Origin: Octopus vulgaris
Lineage: Eukaryota
Reading direction: 5' to 3'
DNA length: 64,000 nucleotides
Assembly (NCBI GenBank): GCA_951406725.2
Contig: OX597832.1
Span: forward strand, 65,410,001 to 65,474,000
This document shows, piece after piece, positions 14,005-26,888 of this stretch. The position numbers and the translations under genes are program-made. The notes under the pieces were generated by a model that saw only the letters and a list, made by a program, of their open reading frames with translations, searched no databases and was not told where the DNA came from. Position 1 is the first letter of the stretch, and each line of letters begins with the position of its first letter.

Positions 14005-14243
14005 CTGTCACGTAAATGCACCACCACCGGTTGTCGAGTTGTGATTGCGTACAAACATTGACAAAAAGACACACACGTATATGACAGATCTCTTTCGGTT
14101 TCCTCTACCAAATCAACTAACAAATCGATCTGAGGTTATGGGGTTGTAGTAGAAAAACACAAAAGGAATGTGCCATGTAGTGGGACTGATCCCCGAACCA
14201 CGTGGTTGGGAGGCAACATTGTCCCCACGCAGCCATAACTGCC
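14005..14243 (-). mobile_element. SINE family B, degenerate
   Basis: TTTCGGTTTCCTCTACCAAATC..GTGCCATGTAGTGGGACTGATCCCCGAACCACGTGGTTGG matches the 18295-18720 family. Confidence 0.7.
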
Positions 14244-14689
14244 TCTCAATAAATAAATAAATAAACAAATAAAAATAAAATTATGCAAGTTATAGTTTCA
14301 CGAAGATTTTCCAGCGGTAAACTCTAATCTCAAATCTTTGAACCCTTACATCCACAATAACCACTCAATCATGAACGGACGCATAAGAATAAAGAACGGA
14401 AATACAAGAACTGAACGTAACAATTATGAATCTTAAAAAAGATACTTTTCAATCTCAGATGAATTGCAGGGAAATTTTCTTGATATCCCAGCTTGAAGTT
14501 TACTTAATGGTTTGCTGTGTAATGTGGTACTAAAGACGTTATTGTATTATTACATTAAATCTGTAATGCAGAAATATTTTCTCTACAGATATCTGGTATC
14601 TTCAAATTATACACATACCGCCTTCAAATTTTGCTCTTACCTGTCTTTCATTTAGTAACTTTCAGAACACACACACATTAGTGTGTGAG

Positions 14690-14769
<80 letters not shown>

Positions 14770-15359
14770 GTTTGAATTCTTATATTACATGCGATTTGAC
14801 TCCTGCTTCATTGATGAATAAATCTATATCCAAGGATTACTTACAAGTCCATAATGAAAGCCTTAGAGCGTATGTAATGAAGAATTAATAGCCTTGAGTC
14901 AATTCATGATAGTCTGATAATTATATAGTTTCTGTAGAATGTAGTCTGTCTTAATAAAGGTGAGGAAATTTAAATATGATTGCTGGTAGACCTATTAGCT
15001 GGCTTGTCAATATCATTTCATAACAAAGCTGTTGGTATCTACAATCTGGGAGCAATGTTGTCGAAAGACCATCCCTTAACAGTTCTATTATACTGGATCT
15101 GATGGCAAATCAAAATCACAACGAAAAATATAACTTAATCGATATTTTATAATATAAGATTATATATGTAGTCCGAGGCCCCAGTAGATAGAAATATCCG
15201 AGTAAGAGAGAGAGAAAGAGAGAGAGGGGGGGAGAAAGACAGTGAGAAAGATAGGAAGGAAAGAAAGAAAGAGAGAGAGGGAATGAAAAATCGGTGGATA
15301 ACGTTACATTTTGTGTACCTGTGTGTCACACAGAAATAAATATTAATATCTACTTACAA

Positions 15360-16200
15360 ACTAAACTAAATGCAATACCCAATGAATACACTGGACATGG
15401 AGGGATTGCAATCCCAGAGGCACAATCAGTGCGTGACCTAGGTATTTACATGAGTGATGACGCAACCTCTAGTGTACATGTTGCTAAATTGGCAATGGTA
15501 TGTAGACGGCTGGCCGGATGGATTCTTAGAACCTTTAGAACAAGAGACCAAGAAACCATGATGGTCCTCTGGAGGACACTTGTCCTACGCCACGTTGACT
15601 ATTGCTCTCAGCTATGGTCACCATCCAGTGTCAAGTTGATGACAGAACTTGAGGCGATCCAACGAAGCTACACGAAGATAGCCTCTGTGCAGCATATAAG
15701 CTACTGGAAAAGACTCAAGAGATTAAAACTCTATTCATTGGAGCGTAGGCGAGAAAGATATGCCATAATATACATCTGGAAGATCCTAGAAGGACTTGTC
15801 CCAAACTTTGGCATCGAGAGTTACACAAATGCCAGAACTGGTCGCCACTGCGTGGTGCCAAGGACTCCAAATTTGCCATCAAGATGTAGGACAAGATACT
15901 GTGATAGCCTGGGATTCGGAAGCCCACATCTCTTCAATATCCTCCCGAAGAACCTGAGGGATCTGCATGGGGTGGATGCGGATGTCTTTAAAGTAGGACT
16001 GGATCTCTTCCTGTCAGGTGTCCCGGATGAACCAACTTCACGGCAGGAGGTGCAGATGAGGGAAGCTGCGTCGTACTCTCTCATGCACCAAATGGCAGTT
16101 GCTAAAAAGCATTCGTGAAGTAAAATCATGTAGCAAGACCAAATGGCGGTGCCCCATCATGGCCACAGCTCGTGAACTGAGACTAGATAAAATTAAAAAA
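15360..16200 (+). mobile_element. CR1-like LINE, 5'-truncated (RT thumb/C-terminus plus 3' UTR)
   Basis: The open ORF contains VRDLGIYM, ILRTF, LVLRHVDYCSQLWSP, LEAIQRSYTK, RLKRLKLYSLERRRER and LFNILP..FKVGLDLFL..VPDEP. The short 3' UTR ends ~16200. Confidence 0.88.
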
Positions 16201-16243
16201 ATATATAACTATGTATAAGAAAAAACGTGAGAGTGTATGTATG

Positions 16244-16284
<41 letters not shown>

Positions 16285-16606
16285 ATGTGTGTGTATACGT
16301 GTATATGTAGTATTCAGTGTGTTTATTGTGTATGTGGGTTTGAATTTTAACTGTAATATCTTTTATTAAACTCTTTAAAATTTTTGCTAGCTGCAAAAGC
16401 TTGCTACTGTATTTCTCTTAAAAACACACGTAGATACAAAAAGATGCATACATACATACATGGATATACACATACGTACGCATATAGACATATACATACG
16501 TACATACAGGCTTGCACATACAAATATACATGCATATAATGTACTTATATACAAACATACACACACATACACATACATATATACATACATGCATACATAC
16601 ATAATA

Positions 16607-17860
16607 TTAGGTCGTCAAGTATGAAATTTGTAGAACAGAAAAAAGTTTGCTAATGTTTTATAAATGCAAGGAATAGTTTTATTCATCAAAGTATGCACCC
16701 ATATTGTCAATACACATTTGCCATTTCAGCGAGATCTTGTCCAGCCTGGAACTGTAAAAGCCTGGCAATCTAGAGTCAATAAAATATTGGAAGGTTTGTC
16801 TTACAGCATCGTCGGAATTGAATTTTTTTCCTATTAAGAAGTTATCCAAATTCTGGAAGAAGTGGTAGTCAGTGGGAGCCAGATCAGGTGAGAATGGTGG
16901 ATGATGGAGAAGTCCAACTTCTGTAGTTTCTCCAATATGTGGTCCTGTGTTGTGTTGCGATAAAATAGGAGTGTATCTGTTGACTAATCTAGGCAGTCTT
17001 TTTTGTAAGTTTCTGCATCATTTGGTCCAGTTGGCTGCAGTATACTTCGGCCGTGACTGATGTGCCAGGTTTAATGAAATCATAATGGATCAAACCTGCG
17101 CCAGGCCACCAAACACACACCATCAGCTTGTTTCATGAGTTTTGCTTTTTGGAATGTTTTGGTGTCATGTCTTTGTCTAACCATTGTGCTGAACGCTTAC
17201 GGCTGTTGTACTGGATCCGTTTCTGATCACGATACAATTCCATTCAAACATTATTCATTTTTGTGGCGAGAAAGTAGCATAATGCAGGCTATAAAATGTT
17301 GCTGTTTCTGATTTTCATTGAGCTCATGTGGAACCCACTTATCCAACTTTATCACTTTACCGATTTGAACTAGCTGAGTCAATATTGTTTGCTTGCTAAC
17401 ACCCCCAAAAAACAAATAATAATTCATGGGCACTTTGAGATAAATCTGAGTCGAAGGTGACATTCAATTCGTCATTATCCACCTTTGTTTCTAGACAACT
17501 GCATTTCTCATTTGTGAGATCAATGTTACCAGGACGAAATTTTGCAAATCACTTTGATACTGCTTGCTGTGCAATAACATTAGAGTGAAATACTCCATTA
17601 ATATTCCAAACTGTCTGTGCTGCTGTCTTTCCAAGAAAAAAAACACATATTTCAAAACTGTATGAACTCTAAGCAAAAATAGCAAAAAAAAAACAAATTA
17701 TAAATACGGTATAAAGCACAAAATGAGTTAGAATAAAGTAATAGGTGGGCCAGCTTTCTAACAAAAAATAAAGGTTGTCAAAATATCATAATGGCGCAAA
17801 ATGAGCAGCTGTCAAAGTTTACCATATACCTCACTACAAGTTTCTTAATTGAAGACGTAA
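16607..17860 (-). mobile_element. Full-length decayed mariner (Tc1/mariner) DNA transposon
   Basis: Imperfect TIRs TTAGGTCGTCAAGTATGAAATTTGTAG / CTACAAGTTTCTTAATTGAAGACGTAA with TA on both sides, ~1.25 kb long. Minus-strand transposase motifs WVPHEL and HHPPFSPDLAPTDYHFF..KWQMCIDNMGAYFDE are present, with many stops and frameshifts. Confidence 0.9.
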
Positions 17861-17889
17861 TACATACATACATACATATATATATATAT

Positions 17890-18190
17890 ATGTACCAATA
17901 TCTATAAATCTGAAATGCGAAAAGTTTGTTTGTTTGTCTGGTTTTGGCATTGGAACGGGTTAAACGGCACTAGATCCCGTCCAATTGACTCCAAAATTTA
18001 CAGGGACATGTAAGAAGAGGTGAGGATGTACGTGGGCTGGGTTAGAAATCACTATCTTAAAATTCTTGGTTACTAGGGCAAAGAAACGCACACTTTGACA
18101 AGTCTTCTCTCATTCTCTTATCTGCCTGTCTTCCTCCGTCTCTCTCTCTCTTTCCTCCCTTCCTTTCACGTTCTCTCTACAACGACGTTT
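17890..18190 (+). mobile_element. Possible non-autonomous Helitron 5' part
   Basis: TATAAAT..GAAATGCGAAAAGTTTGTTTGTTTGTCTG followed by CCAATTGACTCCAAAATTT resembles the 5' region of animal non-autonomous Helitrons. No 3' CTAG end is seen. Confidence 0.4.
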
Positions 18191-18294
18191 GACAGCATCT
18201 ACTGTCATATATATAATACATATATATAATACGTAAATATGTACAGATATATATAATACGTATATATGTATAAATATAAATATATATATATATA

Positions 18295-18515
18295 TACTCT
18301 TTTACTCTTTTACTTGTTTCAGTCATTTGACTGCGGCCATGCTGGAGCACCGCCTTTAATCGAGCAACTCGACCCTGGGAATTATTCTTTTTGTAAGCCC
18401 AGTACTTATTCTATCGGTCTCTTTTGCCGAACCGCTAAGTAACGGGGGACATAAACACACCAGCATCGGTTGTCAAGCAATGCTAGGGGGACAAACACAG
18501 ACACACAAACACACA

Positions 18516-18555
<40 letters not shown>

Positions 18556-18720
18556 TACGACGTGCTTCTTTCAGTTTCCGTCTACCGAATCCACTCACAA
18601 GGCTTTGGTTGGCCCGAGGCTATAGTAGAAGACACTTGCCCAAGGTGCCACGCAGTGGGACTGAACCCGGAACCATGTGGTTGGTAAACAAGCTACTTAC
18701 CACACAGCCACTCCTGCGCC
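18295..18720 (-). mobile_element. tRNA-derived SINE, family B (internal CA/TA microsatellite, AGTAAAAG tail), full length
   Basis: Minus strand: GGCGCAGGAGTGGCTGTGTGGTAAG head, GGTTCAGTCCC B-box, CCTTGGGCAAGT core-like motif, and 3' GGCGGTGCTCCAGCATGGCCGCAGTCAAATGACTGAAACAAG followed by (TAAAAGAG)n. Confidence 0.9.
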
Positions 18721-19619
18721 ATATATATATATATATATAATGTGTGCATTATGTGGTCGGTTGAGCTGAAAATATGCACATCTATGTTAAAAGTGCTGGC
18801 GGGTTTGCATGACAACTATTTTCCCCCTCAAATGAAAGGCGTGACCTCTAGGACAAAATTCCTCATCTTATAAAATGTGGCCCGAGTAGACCTGAATGAA
18901 ATCTGGTTATATTAACCAATATTTGAAAAGGGGTCTAAATGGGGCTGGAAGGGAATTAAAATTTACACGAGTGGGTGTTTAGGAATTCTCTGTTACATCA
19001 AGCTAAAAAAATTGCGCCAGCCTTTAAATCTTCAATGTGTTGCCTTCCATGATGAAGAAGTTTTGAATGCATGCTATGGTGAGTCTACTGTCGTGAGAAA
19101 GAATCACTTCAAAAGTGGGTGTTTAGGAATTTTCTTTTACATCAAGTTCAAAATTTTACGACAGCCATTAAACTGCCACTACGTTGTTGTCAGTTGTTAC
19201 GGAATGCCAGCCATGTTGACTCTACTATCCTCAGATTCTATCCCTTCAAACTTTGGTTTCCAATATTTTTTTTTTAGTTTTATTCAGCTGGCAAGTTCGT
19301 CTGTCCCTTTTAAATGTTAGTGTTTTGCTGTCTGCCCAGAAGCAGACCTTTCCGTTGTCACAGCCTGACATTTATGATTGGTCTTTCAAAATATTTTCTT
19401 TCTAAACTTACTCAAGATCATTTGTTGTTTATAAATGGGAGATAGATAGATAGAGAAAGCGAGGGAGAGTCCGAGAGAAAGGAAGAGTAAGAGAGCGGGA
19501 AAGTGAGCGAGAAAGGAGAGAAAAAGAAAGGGGAGAATGTGGTGATAAAAAACAGAAGGGAAGCAACAGAAAGTAACAACTACACTCTTACTCGCTGTAG
19601 AGGTGGTCACATTAAGCTA

Positions 19620-19722
<103 letters not shown>

Positions 19723-19724
19723 AG

Positions 19725-20180
19725 TGTACATTTAAAGACAAGTGAAAACTGCCTTCAACAGGTAGTTTTTACACGCTAGAAGTAGTCAGAACGACCAAAA
19801 CCACATTTCGAGAGCAATCTTCAAAAGGTTTAAAAGATTAGTTCGGCAGTGATTCACTTAGCTCCGATTGATACTGCGCTTGCGCGGTGAATTTGAAAAA
19901 TTATAATGTATAACGAAGAGACACGTGTTGATCGTCTCTTAATTATATGTTAGTGCTATGGCGCGGTCATTGATAAAAACTTTCGCCAAGCAACTTATTT
20001 TATTTGCTAAACAAAATTGGAAACCTTGTTCTGACCGAATAATAAAACAAGATAAAAGTATTTATTTTCCATTCCTTTTGAAGATTGCTTTTAAAATGTG
20101 GTTTTGGTCCTTTTGACTACTTCTTCCAGTGTGTAAAAACTGCCTGTTGAATGCAGTTCTCTCTTGCTTTTAAATGTACA
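19725..20180. mobile_element. ~455-bp element with ~105-bp imperfect terminal inverted arms (MITE-like or 5'-inverted retro-insertion) in (TA)n
   Basis: 19725-19828 is the imperfect reverse complement of 20074-20180. Confidence 0.75.
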
Positions 20181-20184
20181 TAAT

Positions 20185-20263
<79 letters not shown>

Positions 20264-20454
20264 ACATATTACATAGAATATGTTGTCTATTGATTCTTTA
20301 TACATGCTAGGCAACAGGTGGTGAAATTTAAAAAACTCACTACCTTATATATATTTCACGTATCTATATACATATATATACATCCATATATATATACATA
20401 TATACATAAATATATAAATATATATAATACACACACACACACACACACATATAA

Positions 20455-20494
<40 letters not shown>

Positions 20495-21041
20495 ATGTAT
20501 GTAAAAACGTACACATAGATATACATACATAATCACTCTCTACAGGTGATCTATGCCACGAATTAACATTTCCCTCATGTTTGTGATAAACTGAACAATA
20601 CATTCTTTCAGAATTCACAATGCCACAAATGTCTTTAAACCATTTTCTGCTACAAGAATGCTTATTTCTATAGAAGCTTTATCAGTGGAATTGTTACCAG
20701 TTATGCATTGCTTAGTTAACAAATACATGTTATGATACTTCATAGCTAAATTTTCAATGAAAATAATAAACATTATTTTACAGACAACACGCGAACCAAT
20801 CATTTTATTTACGTTTTTCTCTATTTTCGTCAGCCTCTATTTTCTCTCCCTCTCTACTAATTTTAACACTACATCATTGGCCTCTTTCTATTCTTTTCAT
20901 TCTTCACATATTCCTTCTTTCTCTCTGTTCCTCCATTGACATTCATTTTACCCTATTATTCAATATTTTCAACTATCTAATTGTCTCAACTTATATCTTA
21001 CATATTACTGCTGATGGTGGTAGTGCTGCTGCTATAACTAT

Positions 21042-21076
<35 letters not shown>

Positions 21077-21119
21077 TCTCAAATCTGAGAAATATGTATA
21101 CATATATATTTATACGTTG

Positions 21120-21285
21120 TTTTATTCTTTTACTTGTATCAGTCATTTGACTGCTGCCATACTGGAGAACTGTCTTCAGTCGAACACATCCATCCCAGGA
21201 CTTATTCTTTGTAATCCTAGTATTTATTTTATCGGTCTCTTTGGCCGAACCGCTAGGTTACGGTGACGTAAACACGCCAACACCT
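21120..21285 (-). mobile_element. SINE family B, 3' fragment
   Basis: TTTTACTTGTATCAGTCATTTGACTGCTGCCATACTGGAG..GCCGAACCGCTAGGTTACGG. Confidence 0.8.
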
Positions 21286-22651
21286 ATTTGTACGTTACAC
21301 ATATAATTACACTATAAATAATATCTATGAAATGTGGATATGTCTCGGTGACCGTTTAGACAAAATGCTATGATTATTTAGCAATGACATAAATTTCTGA
21401 GTTCAAATACTCACTAAGCTCGAATTTGTGTTTTATTCTTTCGCAGGGTGGATAAAATTTAGTACTGCTGAAGACTTTAATTCTCTGTATGCCAACCGTA
21501 TATATTTTTAGCTTTGTATCTTAGATAGAAATCAATATAAATGTCGCAAACTTTCAGATTGCAAGATATACTATATATTTATGTGCGGAATTAGATTGAG
21601 AGAAGAGAAATTTACTTGGCGATTAATCTCCATCCAGTTAACCACCACCAAATGACGACGAGGATATATATTCTTTTTTAATGTCGTTAGAAACAATCCC
21701 AGCTGAAACCAGCCTGAAATATGGCTGGAAAAGAGACGGAAATGTAGGGAAACTTAAGTCGGCAACAATTTAATTGGCATCATTCCATCTTAGCCCAAAC
21801 TGACCTTATTGAAGCCATTATTAAAAGGAAAAATATATATATGTTTTAATGATAACGTAAAGAAAAATAATATTAATAATAAAAGTCATGAAAAGAACAT
21901 CCACGCTCTCTGCCTCTCTTTTCTGCGTAATATTTTGCTGCATTTCTTACGCAAGTATTGGGCTTCTCATTCGTTAACGCTATCACTAAGTGGGAACTAT
22001 TGTAACATATTTAAATATCAAAGACATGAGGCACGGCTGTCATCGTTGCTACTGATGTGCGTATGACTATATAGCTGTCTACCTGAATATATATATATAT
22101 ATACACCCACACCCTACACACATGCACATATATATGTATGAATGTATGTATGTATGCATGCATTCATGCATGTTTACAACACAAAATGTGTTGTCTGCCT
22201 GACTGTTTTGTCGTTCAGTCTGTATGGATGGATGGATTGAATGATGGATGGATGAATTCGTGTGTGTATGTACGTATGTATGTAGATATACACATATATG
22301 TGGAGTCACCCCATTACGGATTTCAAACCACGACATCGCTCGACGCATGTCACATTCAAGCTCATGTTATCACCTAAAAGAGTGACTGGCTTTCATATAT
22401 GATAGATTTTTCCAGACCGTGGTTGAACGTTCTCGGTGATTGCCTGTATATAGAGTCTGTTTTAAGCGCCACACCGCAGCCTGCGCCAGCTTTCCGTTCG
22501 ATTTACTCACCCCTTTACTGTTTACATAGCCGTTCTAATGATTGCATATTTAACCTCATATGTGTTATATGAGGGCACAGCTATGCATACATGCACGCAT
22601 GTATACATACATTCATACATACATACATACATATATACATACATACATACA

Positions 22652-22683
<32 letters not shown>

Positions 22684-23140
22684 GATATAGAACTACTGTG
22701 AAATATATTATGTTCCCTCACTTGATCACCTCTGGAGTGCTTTTGCTTCACCTAGCTCTGGGGTACGTTGTATTACTTTAGTCCTATACGTCTTTGAAGG
22801 ACTTTTTACTGGATGAAAACCTCAGCCCAAGGCACTTAAACAACAGACAATATTTAAGTATGTGGTATTGATAATATTTTTGTTTTGGAGCATTGTTTCA
22901 TAGTTTTAATACACACACACAAACAAACACACACGCACACACACACCCACACACGCACACACACACATATATAGATACATTTTCACATATATACTTACAT
23001 ATATATAGACACATATATACATATATATATATACACACATATATATGCACATCCATACGTACATAACATATATATACATACATACATACATATATACATA
23101 TATATATATGTATATATATATGTATATATATATGTATATA

Positions 23141-23199
<59 letters not shown>

Positions 23200-23229
23200 G
23201 TATGTATGTATAGGCGCATATATATATAT

Positions 23230-23455
23230 TCAAAATATGACCGCGTGTGTACCATTGGCGATTTTTTTCCTCCGTTTTCCTTTCTCTGGATCGTTCATTT
23301 TCCTATGTTTCTGACGAAGAGCTCCGCTCGAAACGTTAAGCCCTCCTTCTTCCCTTCCTTCCTGAGCGTCCAATAATATTATATTTGTTCCACGTCCTCT
23401 CTCGTTGTTGTGTTCATCTCTGTGTTTTCTCTCTTGTGTTTTCATGTTTGGATTA

Positions 23456-23460
<5 letters not shown>
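23230..23460 (+). mobile_element. Solo Penelope-type pseudo-LTR (hammerhead-bearing) in (TA)n
   Basis: Pyrimidine-rich 230-bp unit with a minimal HHR, flanked by (TA)n. A partial inverted copy lies at 13668-13742. Confidence 0.7.
23307..23341 (+). ncRNA. Minimal type I hammerhead ribozyme
   Basis: GTTT-CTGACGA-A-GAGC(TCC)GCTC-GAAA-CG-TT-AAGC: conserved core, stem II GAGC/GCTC, palindromic ACGT stem III. Confidence 0.7.
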
Positions 23461-23520
<60 letters not shown>

Positions 23521-24094
23521 GTGTGTGTGTATGTGTGTGTGTGTGTATGTGTGTGTGTGTATGTGTGTGTGTGTGTGTCTATTTCTATAGAAATTAGAGG
23601 CAGTACTAAGGGTCATGATGTTTCGCATACAAATACGTCTATATAATCAATATGATAGGAGATAGAAAATAAGTAATGTGTTTATATTCATGTTTCAGGA
23701 GGTTTTGCTCCTTCTTGCGCTCCACATCGATTCTATTAACCACTCATAAAACATATAGCTCAAAGACATTCCTGGCAGCTGATATGTATATATGTATTGC
23801 TTGCATGGACACTGTTCTTCGATATGCAACCATAATATGCTATGATGTATATTAGAGGCTTAGAAGTGAACAGTGTGCTTTACGCCTGTCATCCTCTGCG
23901 ATTCAGTCGTTCTGCAATCTCCAGAGATTTTCTATAGAAATTAGAAACAGCAACGAAAGTTACGACGTTTCCTTCATGAATACGTATATGTAAAGAACGC
24001 GATCGCAGGTTACGATTGTATATGCGTATTTCAGAAATCATTGCTCTGTCGTCATCGTAATCGTCACCGGCATCAACTTCACCGTCATAGTCTT

Positions 24095-24671
24095 CTTGTT
24101 CTTAATCTTGTTCTTCTTGTTCTTGTTCTTGTTCTTGTTCTTGTTCTTGTTCTTCTTTTTCTTTTTCTTCTTCTTCTTCTTCTTCTTCTTCTTCTTCTTC
24201 TTCTTCTCCTACTCCTTCTTCTTCTTCTCCTTCTTCTTCTTCTTCTTCTTCTTTTTCTTCCTCTTCTTCTTCTTCTTCTTCTTCTTCTTCTCCTACTCCT
24301 TCTTCTTCTTCTCCTTCTTCTCCTTCTTCTTCTTCTTCTTCTTCTTCTCTTCTTCTTCTTCTTCTTCTTCTTCTTCTTCTACTCCTTCTTCTTCTTCTTC
24401 TTCTTCTTCTTCTTCTTCTTCTCTTCATCTTCCTCCTCTTCCTCCTCCTTCCACTTCTTTTGCTTCTTACTGCTTTATATATTTTCTTAGTTATTTTTTG
24501 ATTTCCTTAAATCCTCTTTAATTTTTTTGTGGTATTCACCAAAACCAGCACCACAACCGCCCCCACCCATCAGCCGCACATCACTACCACCACCACCACC
24601 ACCACCACCACCACCACGATCTACAGCAAGAACAACAACGAAAATTCCTCCTCCTCCTCCTCCTCCTCTTC

Positions 24672-24713
<42 letters not shown>

Positions 24714-24740
24714 GTACTACTACTACTACTACTACTAATA
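24095..24740 (+). repeat. Compound trinucleotide low-complexity tract: (CTT/GTT)n, (CCA)n, (CCT)n, (CTA)n
   Basis: Direct reading. Confidence 0.95.
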
Positions 24741-25297
24741 CTACTACTTCTTGTTATTTTTGGATTTGTATCTATTATGGTATCTTGATCCTGCTTGCTC
24801 AACTTTTTCTTCCTCCTGCTCTACTTCTTCCACATTAGTTAAACCTCCCACTTTTTTGATATTGTTCCCCATCGTCCATCGCCTTAGTCGCCTCCTCGCC
24901 TCTCCTTCCTTCTTTTCCTCCTCGCCCTTCCCCTTCTAATTCTAACTTTTGTGGATTTTTGCTATTACTGACGTTCTATATATTTATTTTTCTTTCGGTT
25001 TTTCTTTCAAATGATCCTCCTTTCTTCTTTCTCATATTTCCCCCCTCTTTTCACTCCCCACACTTCCTTATTCTCCATCAGTTTCTTCATCTAAAACACT
25101 TACTTAAGCCGACATTTTGTCAATGGTTCACGTCGATGAATAAGACCTAATTATACATCAGTTTTCTCTCAATGAAACATTTCATGACCTTTTCTCGACA
25201 CACTACTCCACCGTCACTCATTCTCACTTCACTATATTCTACCCACATTCATTCGCCTCTTACATGCACACACTCATACATTCATTGAAATCTGTGC

Positions 25298-25336
<39 letters not shown>

Positions 25337-25789
25337 CTACCAATATAGCAACTCTCATATTGCCTTACGCACCTTTCCGAGCCAACAAAACTAATATCAT
25401 CTCAGCAGTAAATATGTATTATTTTATTCGCAATATGCAGCAACAAATTAGATAATTTTCTATACTATCTAATACAGCGGTCTGCTAAGACTGCCATCAT
25501 CAGCGAAACTGGTAACAGAGAGTTGTGTATTTGATTTGCAGCAACACAAGAGGCAACTTAAAATACATATTTAAGCATTGGCGTGAATATCCAAGACAAA
25601 CCACCTGGTATCATTCGGAAGTATATTACGATATTATAAAATTAAGAAACGGACTGTTGCGTGGCACAGAATCACTTATTTAATGAGCAGAGAATTATAT
25701 ATGGATATTCATTTGGTACCGGGTGAGAAAAATATTAATATTTTATTTGGGTGCACACTAGAATGGTTTATATATCTTGCCTTTCATCT

Positions 25790-25960
25790 TTTACTCGTTT
25801 CAGACACTGAACCGTGGTCATGCCGGGGCACAAGCTTCAATAGTTTAGTTGAACAAATCGATCTCCAGTAAATGTGATAGGTTTTCCATTGTTTTCTATT
25901 GCCGAACCGCTTAGCTACGCACACATACACAAAACCGATCGTCAAGCGGCGAATGGGACA
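25790..25960 (-). mobile_element. SINE family B, 3' fragment, degenerate
   Basis: TTTTACTCGTTTCAGACACTGAACCGTGGTCATGCCGGGGCAC..GCCGAACCGCTTAGCTACG. Confidence 0.65.
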
Positions 25961-26031
25961 TTAAAAATACGCAAAATCACAGACATACATCCTTCACCTC
26001 ACACACACATACAAGTGTATACCTATCTATC

Positions 26032-26107
<76 letters not shown>

Positions 26108-26289
26108 GAAGTAAATATATGGCACAACGAAGTACCGATATTTACTGGAAAATAGCGAACGTAATAAATACGACGCTAATGTATAGCTTCACCGCGTATG
26201 TACTAGCAAAAATGCGTGTGTGCAACAAACTTGAAAAAATTGTCTTACCTCCAGGGAGAACATCTGAAAGATGAAATACCTAGATAGGG

Positions 26290-26367
26290 ATAATTTGGGA
26301 CCGGTTTCAGATTTTTCAAGATATGTTTGCACACATATACTTGATTTATCTTCATCAGCCAACATAT
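26290..26367 (-). ncRNA. Type I hammerhead ribozyme (extended stem II)
   Basis: Reverse complement of the motif at 26811-26888. Confidence 0.7.
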
Positions 26368-26810
26368 ACCCGACGACATTTCAGATGTTGCCACATTAAT
26401 GCCAATACACTCGACTGAAACGCCAAAACGCTGACAGAACGAGAACGGTGAAGAAGTTTCAATAAAAATAGTAATGCAATACGAGAGTATTGCTTTCCAG
26501 TAAAGAATAGCCCGTGAGGGAAAATTATACATAGAAGTAAATATATGGCACAACGAAGTACCGATATTTACTGGAAAATAGCAAATGTAATAAATACGAC
26601 GCTAATGTATAGCTTCACCGCGTATGTACTAGCAAAAATGCGTGTGTGCAACAAACTTGAAAAAATATTGTCTTACCTCCAGGGAGAACATCTGAAAACA
26701 TCTAAAAATATTAATGCAATACGAGAGTATTGCTTTCCCGTGAGGGAAAATTATACATTTCAGTCGAGTGTATTGGCATTAATGTGGCAACATCTGAAAT
26801 GTTGTCGGGT

Positions 26811-26888
26811 ATATGTTGGCTGATGAAGATAAATCAAGTATATGTGTGCAGACATATCTTGAAAAATCTGAAACCGGTCCCACATTAT
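26811..26888 (+). ncRNA. Type I hammerhead ribozyme (extended stem II)
   Basis: ATATGTTGG-CTGATGA-AGAT.aaa.TCAAG.t.ATATGT(gtgcag)ACATAT.CTTGA.aaa.ATCT-GAAA-CCGG-TC-CCACAT, with a GUC cleavage triplet and palindromic ACCGGT stem III. Confidence 0.75.

Noticed and set aside
22500-22520. Minus-strand GTGAGT donor-like site
   Set aside because: No accompanying acceptor or open exon could be supported.
24041-24838. Poly-L/F/E/P/T ORFs
   Set aside because: Trinucleotide microsatellites with no unique protein-like sequence or splice support.
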